54,705 nt of DNA from Chromera velia (taxonomy: Eukaryota). This document shows positions 1 through 11,173 of the stretch, in pieces. The stretch covers positions 1 to 54,705 of the forward strand of contig JAHBMJ010000148.1 of assembly GCA_018398765.1 (NCBI GenBank), given 5' to 3'. Positions within the stretch are counted from its first letter, which is position 1; each line of letters opens with the position of its first letter. The position numbers were made by a program, and so were the translations under genes. Under the pieces are notes generated by a model. The model made no database searches. It was given only the letters and a program-made list of their open reading frames with translations, and was not told where the DNA came from.

Positions 1-478
1 TAGCTGATCAATAATTTAATTCATCTATATTTACTAAACTAATTTAATAATTTCTTTACTTTTAAACTAAGACCATTAGCGATTTCCTCTGTATATTTCT
101 AAGAGTCTAAAGTGCAACGGAACAACACCTACACCAACATACATACATGTACACACACTAAGATACACACCTGCAGAGATGCAGAAAGACTCAAAACGGA
201 AAGGAATGGAAAAGGCTGAAAAGAAACAGAGCTTTGAGAGCCTGGCAAACCAAGAACAAGCCGCTGACGCAAATGCCGCACGATGGACCCACCTTCTACA
301 TGGGTACTCAGAGATGGTGCTTCCCTCAGGTGGATTTACTTGAACACACATTCAAAAGACATACATATAGAAAAGAGTCAAAGACAACAGCAAGAACAGG
401 GAGAGAAAAAAAAAAAGAAAATTCAAAACGTTTCAAAACGATCTAGAAACTAGCCTCTGAGGATTTGTCTCTTCACAT

Positions 479-509
479 ATACACACACACACATACACAC
501 ACACACACA

Positions 510-552
<43 letters not shown>

Positions 553-598
553 AGACATACACACATACGTGCATGCATACACCCTCACATACACATAC
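479..598. repeat. (CA)n microsatellite
   Basis: Long acacacac run, read directly. Confidence 0.95.
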
Positions 599-623
599 AA
601 GGAACCTGGATGGGATGCGGATG

Positions 624-2183
624 GGGGAGAACGGTGAGGAGTTGGGACATGAAAAGTGGATTGGCTGGCGTCCTGAAGGGTGCCGGTGGTGGCTACACTG
701 CTCCTTTGGCCTCATTCCACTCTCTGTCCTACCCCAATTTTCCGGTAGTGCCGTGACCCCCCCTCCTAGTTGTTACCGGAAAAAACAGGTCTGATTCTTT
801 CGGTAAAGGGGGGGGTTCACCGATTTTTTTTGTCAGAAAAAAATTAAAAGTGGTTGTTTTGACATTAGTGATCGATTGGGACCACTTCTTTTTTTTTTTT
901 GACAAAAAAAGTTTTTGACCCCCCCCCCTTACTGGAAGAATCAGACCTGTTTTTTCCGGTAACTCTCAGGAGGGGGGAGTCACGGCACTACCGGAAATTT
1001 AGGGCAGGAAAGAGAGTGGAATGAGGCCAAAAGAGCAGTGCAGCCGCCACTGGCACCCTTCGGAACACAAGCTAGGGTATGATACCTAAAAAAAAAATAT
1101 ATATAATTTAATTACAAACTCTAGGGGTATGTGTCACTCTGATTAGCTATAACTCTAAAAAGTGGTTTTTTAAGGTTTTAAGGATGAACTGACCTTATTT
1201 CTACGATAACACAACTTTTTAAATTAAATCTCATAACCTTTTATATATAGGAAAATCAAGTCGCCCTCTGAGGTTCGCAAACGCTCATGACGTCGGTTTG
1301 CAAACCTAATCCCCCAATCTGACCAAACCTGTCTAAACCTGGTTCTAAATGGCTTTTGCATGAATACAGAGAAGATATAAAGCAAACACAACCTGGCATT
1401 TTACCAGGAAACATCAGATAAACCGATCATTCAACGAATGTAGAATAAAGTCAAGAACATAAAAGCTGTCTTCATTCTTTCATACTTCAACAGACTTATC
1501 CAGAGGTGCAATTTCCTTTTTAAACGCCCGGTCAACTTGCTCTAATTCTCTATCTTCAATTCGTAAGCCGCCATCAATGTTTAGTAGAGTAGGTTTCCAA
1601 ATTTCTCAATCATGTGTGTGGTTTCTACGGAGAAGCAATCAAGCAAACAAAGATCGTGCCGGGAAAGAAGAGAGGGGAAAAGGGGCGGGGGCAGGACAAG
1701 GAGAATGCACCGGCTACTGTGAATGCTGATGCGAGTGAGGCTGTATCCCCTTATTGAAACGCTCATACACAAAGTGTCACAGACGTGGTCCTACCAGCAA
1801 AAACGTACAAAATGTGCTTTTAACAGATCATTCACATACAGATTTCAGAAGTTTGACCAGGTTTGGACGGGTTTGAAGAGGTTTGGAAGGTTTAAGTCTG
1901 GTGCGACCATGGTTTCCAAACCAATTCTAAACCTGACGTAGTGAATGGGTTTTATACTCATCTAAACCTACCCTAACCTACCCTAACCTTAGCCATTCGA
2001 CCTATTTTAGCGTTTTTTAAGCTTTTCTAGCAAATTGAGCTCCAAAAATCTCTTTTAAAACATCAAAAATTTAAGTTTTTATTGAAAAACCTAACTTCAA
2101 ACCTAGGGTACCCTCACAAAGTGTCAGACCCTAGGACATAAGCCAATCCACTTTTCTTGTCCCAACTCCTCACCGTTCTCCCC
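624..2183. repeat. Outer inverted repeat pair bracketing ~1.5 kb (possible TIRs)
   Basis: 624-666 (ggggagaacggtgaggagttgggacatgaaaagtggattggct) matches the reverse complement of 2141-2183 at 42/43 positions. Weaker similarity extends to ~601/2205. Confidence 0.8.
675..1061. mobile_element. Foldback/MITE-like long inverted repeat (~180-bp arms, 26-bp spacer)
   Basis: 675-854 is the imperfect reverse complement of 881-1061. Examples: gttaccggaaaaaacaggtctgattct / agaatcagacctgttttttccggtaac and tttggcctcattccactctct / agagagtggaatgaggccaaa. Confidence 0.8.
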
Positions 2184-4204
2184 TACCAGCCTCCCAGCAG
2201 ATTCTCTGCTCCTTTGCCGCCCACCCTGGCCCACTTGTGATGCCGCTGGCCCCGGCCCATTTATGACGCCGCCGGCCCCGGCTTCGGGCCCCGCCCTGCC
2301 CCTTTATGGCGCCGCCGGCCTCGGCCCCGACCCCAGCAGTCGTGGCCTTTACTCAGTACAAAGTCTCTGCTCGCTCTAGTTCGCTTTAGGCTCTCCATGG
2401 TCGCTTGGACCTCTCTCTATGATACCGCCAGGCCCGGCCCCGGGCTGGGCCCCCTGCCTCGGCCTAGCTACCATGGGTTGCCGCCCTTGCCTCCGTCCTT
2501 GCACCGGCCTCCATGGATGAACGTTGCTCCGGCCCAGCGCTCCGGCCTGCTCACTACCTTGATCGGATTTCACCCGCTCTTCTTTGTTCTTTCACCTTTT
2601 TGTTCTATGGAGACTCACGCGTTGGGGCTAGACAGAGCCGGGGATGGTGCTGGGACAGGGGCCAGAGTGCCTCAAACACAAAAAAAAGACCCGAATAAAG
2701 ACAGGCAAGCAGTGAAAGGGAGATAAACGGCAAGCGGAGGCAGGCGACCCCCCCCCTCCTTCCTTTTGCTCTCTCCAGGTTGGCATACTCTCTCTCTTCT
2801 CTTTTCAAACCATACTTACTAGATGCATATCACTGACTTTGATAGACAGGCATGAATGCAAAATGGAACGACTGACACAGACCCTATAAAAACAAACCAT
2901 TCACTCAGAAAGATAGTCGTCACGTGGAGCCTCAAATGCTGTTCTGCAGCACGATCAAAGGCACCGACACCTGTATCCATTCACATCCGCAAGAGGCAAC
3001 AAAGCCAAAAAAGACGGTTCAAAGCAAACATCTGCTCAACAGTGCATCATGGACTAACTCATACAGAGAAACGGAAATGAACACTCACCAGAAAAAAGGT
3101 GAAAGCAACCCCAGTTCTTCAGTAGAGGCAAGAAGGCGTCCCAGATCTTGCATACAGTCACAGAGCAAGAAAAGAATGAAGTTCCAGGCGAAAGTCTGAG
3201 GTGCATCATGTTTCAACGTGTTGGAACGGCTTGCAAGCTTTGAGGAAGATAAATGGATGAACCCACTGAAGAGCACGTGAAAGCCGATTTGGCTCCCTCA
3301 AACAGCCTAGTGGGAGTCCTAAATCCTGCCTACAGATACATACCAAGAAGATAAGGAAGTATCAAAGTCTGGGTAAAGGTGGGCCAATGCCTGATATAAT
3401 GCAACGAGGGTCATGGATAGCTCACGTCTGAGAGGAGACGGAACCTCAAACTCACTAGAAGGAAGACAAAGAGGACGAAGAGAGCCCCAGTTTCCCCAGT
3501 GAGGCAAGCAAGAGCTTGAAAGCTTGCATCGGGGCATGAAGCAGAATAAGACAGCGACCAAAGATTAGGAGTAAAACGACCCTCTCCAATTTTACCTACA
3601 AAACCTACTTGACAGAACGAGACGTGGAAATAAACCCATGCCCAATAGAAAAGAAACGGCTGAGGTTCCACCCAAAATCTGCTCCCAAGGCGAAGCCTGG
3701 AGCAGCCTTGACTTCGACAAAAGCGATCTGATCTGAAAATATGAGGAAACATGAGCGGTGAACAGTAAACAGTTTATGGGCAGTGTGAAGAGAAATATGC
3801 AGTGTGACTAGCTTACCTTTGTCAAATTAGAGCTCATGCTGCATAGCCCTTCAATTCTACCATACGCGTGTATCAAAATCGGATTCCGATCCAATTTTAA
3901 ATTCTTTTGAAAGCTTTGCAAGGCCTAGGCGGCGTGCGCGGCCGCCGCAGACTATCTAGTGTTTTGGGGGGGCACGCGCAGACGCGACCACGCGGTCATA
4001 CGCCGCTTAGGCGCAATAAATTTTTTTCTAGCACTCACTAACTATAATTCATAAACGCAAAAATGCACTCGCAGAATGCTGAAAACTCTTTGTTTTTCTT
4101 TTTTAACAACTGTTTGGTGCCCTAAAATGCTTGCGGGATACGGTTGTTTTGGAGACCGTTTTGGTGTTGGAGACCGTTTTGAAAAATTTTTCCTTCTTCT
4201 CTCT

Positions 4205-5115
4205 GGGAGGCGGAATGAATCTGAAAATGGATACAGAGAGGGATCTCTGTCTTATCTTATCTGCAAGACGGAATGAATGCAGAGAGAGGGATCTGTGAGC
4301 TTCTTTCTGGGAGGCGGAATGAATCTGCAAATAGATATAGAGAGGGGTCTCTGTCCTATCCTATCTGCAAGATGGAATGAATGCAGAGAGAAAGATCTGT
4401 GAGCTTCCCTTTCTGCGAGGCAGAATAAACCTTGAATGACTGCAGAGAGGGATCTCTGTCCTCGGCCATCTGCAAGAAGGAATGAATGTAAAGAGAGGGA
4501 ATTGTGCGCTTCATTGTCTGCAACAGTTAAGGAATGTGTGTAGAGAGAGAGAGATCTGCACCCTTACCTGTTTGTAAGCTAGAATGCATGCAGAGGATGG
4601 TTCGTAGCCTTCAGAATTATCCCTGTCCGCAAAAAGGAGTAGATGTAGAGGGATTGATTCTTACCCTTCACTGTCTGCAAGAAAGAGTGAATGCAGAGAG
4701 ACGTATCTATGCCCTTCGCTTTCTGCAAGAAAGGAATGAATACTGAGAGAGAGATCTGGGTTCCCCTTGTCTGAAAGAAAGAATAAATGCAGATAGCGAC
4801 CTTTGCCCTTGTCTGGCTACAAGCAAGCAGGAATGCAGAGAGGGATCTTGCCCTTCACTGTGTGCAGGAAAAAAGGAATACAGATGGATCTGTGTCTGCA
4901 AGGAAGAATGCATGCAGAGAGAGGGATCTTCATCCTTCGTTGCCTCCACGAAAGGAACGAATGGTCAGAGGGGGATCGGTGTGCTCCTTATCTGTAAGAA
5001 GGAATGATTGCAGAGAGGGATCTTTGCCCTCATCTGGGTACAAGCGAGAAGGGATGCAGATAAGGATTTTTACCCGTCATCGTGTGCAAGAAGAAACTTA
5101 AGGAATGCAGAGGGA
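4205..5115. repeat. Degenerate minisatellite, ~45-58-bp units with a 104-bp dimer at the start
   Basis: Recurring ggaatgaatgcagagagggatct...tctgcaag. The motif ggaatgaatct recurs at 4212 and 4316. Confidence 0.9.
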
Positions 5116-5624
5116 TGAAGCGCGAGGGTTTTTGCCATGGGTACGTTGGCCTGAGTTCTTTACTTTAATCCTAAAAATTCTTCAACGATTCATGTAGCCA
5201 AAGACTACAAAATGCGTTTACAAGGACGGCTTGGATGTTGATGGACAAAACAAGGTGCACGCGATAGAAGGAAAAATGTGTGTGGAGGAACCCGAGAACA
5301 GAATGCGTTCAGGTGAAGCAGCATTAATGTGAACATGTAAAAAGAGACACGAAGACCGAAGATGCTCTGGGGCACAAGGGTTCTCACTCAGACTGTTTGG
5401 CTCGGTAATAATCATATGCGCAATGGCATGTAAACAGAGTATGCTCATTCACGGGGGTAAGAAGAGTGTGGTGCGCGGTGACAGGAGAGGAGAATATGCT
5501 TAGGGGCAAGCAAAATGCGTATAGTCAGGGGAGCACAAGGATTGAATGCTCAGGAACAAGAAAAACGCGATGTGCAGGGGACTGAGGAATGAGTGTGTGA
5601 CTCGGTGATGATCTGGTGTGATCG

Positions 5625-6115
5625 TATTTGCATGGGCAGGAAGCAGAGAGAATGTGCGCAGGAGCACAAGTCAGAGAGAACGTGCGCACAGGCACAAGTC
5701 AGAGAGAATGTATGCAGAGGCACAAGTCAAACAGAATATGTGCATGGGCACTAGTTAGAGAGAATGTGCACATGGGCACGAGTCAGAGAGAATGTACGCA
5801 GAGGTACGAGTCAGAGAGAATGTGTGCATGGGTACCAGTCAGAGAGGATGTGCGCAGGGATACGAGTCAGAGAGAATGTACGCAGGGGTACGAGGAATGG
5901 GTACGAATATGTACAAATGTGTGTGACCGGGCGATGATCTGGTGTTATGGTATGTACGGAGCATGAGTCAGATAGAATGTGCGTAGGGGCATAAGTTAGA
6001 GAGGGGTACGAGTCAGAGATGCGAATGTGTGTGACCGGGCGATGATCTGGTGTCATCGTATGTGTGGGGTACGAGTTAGACAGAATGCGGCAGGGGCATG
6101 AAGAATACGTGTTCA
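5625..6115. repeat. 28-bp degenerate minisatellite
   Basis: Unit approximates agtcagagagaatgtgcgcaggggtacg, with copies at 5669, 5697 and onward. Confidence 0.9.
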
Positions 6116-6619
6116 CGGAACACCGATTGAAACAGAGCTCCCAGTTGACTTAAGGTACGAAGAATGGGCAGGGGTAAAAAGGAGAGTTCACACTTAACTT
6201 AAGGCTGTCACGAAAAATCTTTGTGCGCAGGGGTACACGACGGAGTTTACGCTCGACTCAATGTACGAACAAGAAGAGAGTTCACCACTCAGCTCACAGT
6301 CAAGGGCACAAAACGTGTGGTGTGATAAAAGACGTGAGCATGAACCACAGTCGAACCAATCTCCCCTGAAATGAAGGAGGCTGGTTGCTGGGTGCTCACA
6401 GAGCCAGGTTAAACGAAGCGGACTCTTCCACACGAGGGGGTGTCCGTTCACTTTCACCGACTGTTTCACAGACGGTCTTTCAGATTCTCTTCTCTCACTG
6501 CTCTTGCTGTTGCTTCTGTTGGAATGTATCTTTCTTGCTGAAATAAGATGGTGAGTGGCGGCGACATGCGGCGACGACGCTCAAACGCTCGGCTAAAGGC
6601 TCTGCAGGCGCCGCCACGC

Positions 6620-6700
6620 CTTCCATGCATGCATCACTTGCGCGCGCGCACGCAAGATCAGTTCGCGCGCATTGCGCGCGGAAGTCACTGCATGAGTTAG
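6620..6700. promoter_or_regulatory. Putative promoter cluster: TGCATGCA plus CGCG repeats upstream of the 7055 gene
   Basis: ccatgcatgcatcacttgcgcgcgcgcacgc...cgcgcgcattgcgcgcgg. The same composition occurs at 19660-19730. TGCATGCA is a known ApiAP2-bound motif in apicomplexans. Function here is inferred. Confidence 0.4.
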
Positions 6701-7054
6701 ATATACCCATGCAGCCCGCTCAATCTCGGCCGGCCGCGGGGTGTTGCTGGATCGAAATTGCAAATTGGCAAAAACCAACCGTGTCAAAGCAAAGCACGCT
6801 TTTGACAAGCTTCTGCTTCAATGATATCTGACTTGCATGTGCTTCGCTTCGTTCAAGTTCGTTGAATCCCGTCTGCTTGTGCTTTCATCAGGAGACAAGT
6901 AGGCTGTTGAAAAAATCTTCTTCAAGCGTCAACAACACCTGTTGCTTGATCCTTTTCGCACTTCGGACTCTGCTCGTTTGTTTTCGATTGGGCTCTCTTC
7001 TCCTTTCTAAATCTGTTCGTGAGAAGGCAAGCAATTCGCAGACAAGAAGGAGTC

Positions 7055-8896
7055 ATGAGGCGTCAGGAAATTCGAATGCACTCCTCGAACTCCAACCCTG
7101 TCCCTTCGGACTTTTCTATCCTGAAGGACAGCCTCAAAGATACCTTCCAGAGCATTCGCGATCGAGTGAAGGGAAACCTCCCCACCACAATCGATGCACC
7201 ATTGGCCAGTGCTAACGATGCGGTGAAGCCATTGACGGGCCTCGGGCCCGGCCTCAGAGACAACTCTGCCATTGTTCATAGAGCAACGTTGACAGGGGAC
7301 AACACTAGTGCGAAGGTCCTTTCAGAACTCCAGATGCAGCCCCCTCTTCTGACAGACTCCCTCAGTGCCTCCGAAGAGGATTCTGATGATGGTGCATCCG
7401 ATGAGGTCTCCCCTGTGATCCTCACAGGGGACTCCCTCCGTGCACCCCACATGAGGGTCTCCTCCCTCTTCCCGACAGAGGCCGAGCTAAGGGAGTTGGG
7501 GGGGGGCACTGTGCGCAACCCAACCTCCACCGAGGGGGCCGGGTCCATGGTTGGATCCACCGTTTCGACTTCTGCCTCTCGTGCTGGCCGTATGGGCAGG
7601 TCAGCCTGGGAGAACATTGCCGAAATCCAAACAGGGGTCCATACAGAGAGGGAAGCACAGCAGGAGCAGCAGCAGGACGATGGAGGCGTTCCCCCCCCTC
7701 CAGAGAACATCCAGGTTCCGGGTGGGGGAGACGGGGGAGATGAATTTGACAGACGTACCGCGGCCCTTTTCGGTACCACCGACATAAGCCGTCTTTTCCC
7801 CGATCTCCCCCGTCAGGGTGCCGTTGCCTCCCAGCTTCAGTCCTCTGTACCGACCTTCAACACCATCCTGCTCTCCCACAACATAGACCCAGATGATCCC
7901 ATACACGGCCCCATGGTGACACCCGACAATCCATCCCTTCGAAATTCCATTTCCGCCCTTAAGGAGCGTCTAGACCAGGATGCCGACTTCGCCTCCACCC
8001 ACGACAATCTTCACATCCAGTCAAGGATGAGAAAGAACAAGGCGGCCCGAAAGGCAAACCGTAACAACCGTCCCCAGGCTTCACTCAACCAGATGCTGAA
8101 GGGAGGCAAGGGGGGTGAGCACATTTCGTCTGTGTCCGCTCTTGTGGGCCTAGACTTTGCACTCGACTTCGAAGAGGACGACTCGAACAGCAACAACACA
8201 AACAACAAAGCACAACCCAGAGGATCCCGCTCCCCCCCTCCCCCCGCTGATGATCCCCCCCATGTCATGCCATCTCTCGATGAGACGGCAGTTGGGTGGA
8301 AGGAAGAGGAGGAAGAGGGAGAGGGGGAGGAGAATGAGGAGGCAGAGAGCGAAGGGCACCCGACCGTGACTCACAAGAACGTGAGTCAGAGGGGAAGGAT
8401 GAATTTGTCTGGGAAGGAAGAGGAGGAGGAGGGAGAGGAGGAGATGCCGTCCCTCTTCCGTGCCTCCCTCCTGAGGGCTGCAGAGGAGACCGAAGATCCC
8501 CGTCTCCAGGCCCTCAGAGATGAGCAGGAGCAGGAGGAGAGGCTGCGTCCTGCCTCTGATGCTCCTCTGACTGTCTTTGGTTTCTACAAAGGCAAGAAGG
8601 TGAAGGTGGCGGTAGGGGGTCCTCTCTGGCAGGACATGGAGAGAGAGAAGGCAAGGGGGGGGCGGGAGCCAAGTGGAGGTGAGACGAGGAGGAAGAGAGA
8701 CCTGCTGACTGAGGTTCAGTCGAGCATCTCCTCATCGAATGAGGGCGAGGATTCCTCGGAGGACGATGAGATGACTCAGGACTGGGGGAGAATGCGCAGA
8801 GATGCCAAGAAGACAAATGAGGAATTGATCAGAGGAGGAGCAGGAAAGGGAAGAGCAGGAGGTGCAGTCAGCTCAGCAAGCTCGAAGAAAAATTGA
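7055..8896 (+). CDS. Hypothetical low-complexity, acidic/Ser/Gly-rich protein (~613 aa, apparently single coding exon)
   Basis: 1.85-kb uninterrupted ORF, open from 7019 with the first ATG at 7055 and TGA at 8894-8896. No domain recognised. Confidence 0.75.
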   Translation: MRRQEIRMHSSNSNPVPSDFSILKDSLKDTFQSIRDRVKGNLPTTIDAPLASANDAVKPLTGLGPGLRDNSAIVHRATLTGDNTSAKVLSELQMQPPLLTDSLSASEEDSDDGASDEVSPVILTGDSLRAPHMRVSSLFPTEAELRELGGGTVRNPTSTEGAGSMVGSTVSTSASRAGRMGRSAWENIAEIQTGVHTEREAQQEQQQDDGGVPPPPENIQVPGGGDGGDEFDRRTAALFGTTDISRLFPDLPRQGAVASQLQSSVPTFNTILLSHNIDPDDPIHGPMVTPDNPSLRNSISALKERLDQDADFASTHDNLHIQSRMRKNKAARKANRNNRPQASLNQMLKGGKGGEHISSVSALVGLDFALDFEEDDSNSNNTNNKAQPRGSRSPPPPADDPPHVMPSLDETAVGWKEEEEEGEGEENEEAESEGHPTVTHKNVSQRGRMNLSGKEEEEEGEEEMPSLFRASLLRAAEETEDPRLQALRDEQEQEERLRPASDAPLTVFGFYKGKKVKVAVGGPLWQDMEREKARGGREPSGGETRRKRDLLTEVQSSISSSNEGEDSSEDDEMTQDWGRMRRDAKKTNEELIRGGAGKGRAGGAVSSASSKKN

Positions 8897-8951
8897 AAAC
8901 AGAGAAGAAGAATATTGGAGTGAGGGTGCTTGACAGCGAGAGAGAGAAAGG

Positions 8952-8990
<39 letters not shown>

Positions 8991-9916
8991 AGAGGGATTG
9001 GGGAGGCACCAGCTATACACCAAATGAAAACAAGAGACCCTCAGGTTCGCAAGCAAAACATGCCTCCCTGAACGGGCACGTTGAGAGATGCGTGGAGGGT
9101 TTGCGCTCTTCATCTCTCTCATCCACCGTCTCTTTCTCCCTCTCACGTTATTGTTCGCTCTCTCCCTCCTTAGATCTCTTCATTTGCTGTCTGTGCTCTT
9201 GCTGTGATCTGCCTCGTTTTCTCTTCCTCCCTCACTGCTTGCCCGTCTGCGTACACAGGTTTTCTTTTTTCTTTCATGCCTGTGCTCCATTCGTCGGAGT
9301 CTGTTCGCCCGAACGGAAGGGGGAAGTTGAAAGCGCCGGATGCGGCTGTGGACGAAAGAGGGGGCATGCCCTCAGCGAGAAAGGCAATTAATCTCTCTCC
9401 TTCTATGCTTCTGTCTCTCCACTTCGCTTTTGTTCAAGTTCCCTAAGATGAGTTCACTCACATGCCGAAGAAGAGAATCAGAAGAGTCAGTGGCGGGGAG
9501 CGAGCAGAAGAGATACATGGAGTCACGGAGGGGCACAGAAAGTGCATGGAGGCACTAATCCCCCAAATTCGTTGCCTCAATCCTTCTTTTGGACGGGTTT
9601 TTCCCTTCCGCAAGCGGCGCCACCGTTTTTCCTGGTAGTCCATCTTTGTGTATGCTCTGAGTCACAAACTAGATCACAAACTGAGGGTGTGACTCTCTGA
9701 TACAGAGCAACGAAGAGCAGCTATATTCAAAGGTTGCTAAAAAGTTTGCTTTTCGGAGCCTTTTCCCCCCTCAAATTCTAGGTCCTACACTGTAAAGCTC
9801 TAAACGACAAAAACTCAGGCCAACTTTCTTTCTTTCTTTCTTTTTTTAGACTTTCCCCCTAAAATCCCATAAAATATTCGCTAATGTAACGAGTTACTAT
9901 TCATCTAGAGGGTTGG

Positions 9917-10457
9917 GTTGGTGGTGGCGCAGAGGAAGAGAATGGGTCTCTAGCTGGGAGACGGACTCCGAGTTCGTTTCCCAAATCAACATGAATCGAT
10001 CTACTATTAAAGAAGTCTATAAACGCAGTTTGTCAATGCACGAGCCTATTTCTTGGTCTCAAATCAATTTATCAACATTACGACTCTGATCAACGTTCGA
10101 ACTTCTCTATTATAACTGCCATCCACTATCTAGAATAATTAAACGATCATCTGTGTCCTAACGTTGCTACAATTAAGTCGCTCTGCAACGCTTTACATAA
10201 ATTCAAATACCGAATCGGCTGACGCATGCAAACCGTGGGTCAGGGCTTAGACCCCGGCAGATCTTGACACCGCAAAGCCCGCGCCCGTTCCGATGCCTGT
10301 GGAATGCCTAGGTCCGCACTGGCGTCGCCGCCCGACCTGAGCCGTCCTGGCACCGCCAGGCAGTCCAGGACATTTTTATATATGCTCTATCCTAGGGCAC
10401 CAATAAATCACTTATCACTTATCTGTTCTAATCTGTTCCATCAATCAATCAATCAAA
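9917..10457 (+). mobile_element. Possible tRNA-derived SINE (Pol III A/B-box head, GC-rich hairpin body, (TCAA)n tail)
   Basis: A-box-like tggcgcagagg at 9925-9935 and B-box-like gagttcgtttcc at 9970-9981. gttggt/atcaac could pair as an acceptor stem, and gtctc-tagctgg-gagac forms a stem-loop. tcaatcaatcaatcaa occurs at ~10441-10456. The D and T stems are broken, so this is not a functional tRNA. Confidence 0.4.
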
Positions 10458-11173
10458 CATATAATTTGAAAATAACACCTCGAACTAACTTCTAAAAAAA
10501 CCTTTAATTAAATTAAATTAGCGTTTCAGAAGCTATACTAATTTTAAGGGCTAGCAGCGTATTTTTTCTGTCTGTGTAAATATCGCTGTAACATCTTACC
10601 GTAAAAGTGCACATTTTATTGAAATCATACCATCAATGAATGTCTGCCACTGTCAGTAAGTTAAACACTCTTTCCAGCACTCTTTGTTTCTCCGCCGATT
10701 TGCATGCATTAATTAGCATTCATCGATCTGCATACGTATGCTAAATTTTGTTCTCTCCAGTATTAAATGTGACAACCGAAAAGACGGATTAATTAATTTT
10801 GTGATTTGTCTCGACGGAGAGAGGGGCGATGTGACACGCCACGGCAAAACACATCAAATCCACATGGAAAGAAGGAAAAAACCAACCAAACCCCCCCTCT
10901 CCTACAGCGTTGGACCATCTGCACAAGTTTCGAATCCACCTTTGATGGATCGACACTTTCCCTCCCGCCCCCTCATGAATTGGAAGACAAAAAACCGATC
11001 GTCCTTCCCTCATGCAGGTCGACCACGTGTTCGCATCCTCTTTAGAAAATACAGCGGCCGTACTCGTTCACCATCATGGTTTTCCTCTTTCCTTTCTCTT
11101 GCACCCATTCCGAATTCCTCTGCACATCATGCCCCCTCCCCTTCATGCAAACCCGATCAATCAACCACCCCCG

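Noticed and set aside
1470..1605. Coding-like minus-strand fragment IWKPTLLNIDGGLRIEDRELEQVDRAFKKEIAPL
   Set aside because: About 40 codons between stops, with no start or splice context I can support.
1960..1992. Telomere-like ccctaa repeats
   Set aside because: Only two copies within a short tandem repeat, too short to call.
2900..3760. Fragmented minus-strand ORFs, possible decayed gene or transposon
   Set aside because: No recognisable motif and no coherent exon chain.
6548..7054. Upstream ATG|gtgagt micro-exon for the 7055 gene
   Set aside because: No phase-compatible acceptor found linking it to the main ORF.
9917..9990. Functional tRNA-Ser(GCT) gene
   Set aside because: The D and T stems do not pair and the anticodon loop lacks U33. 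Kept only as a possible SINE head.
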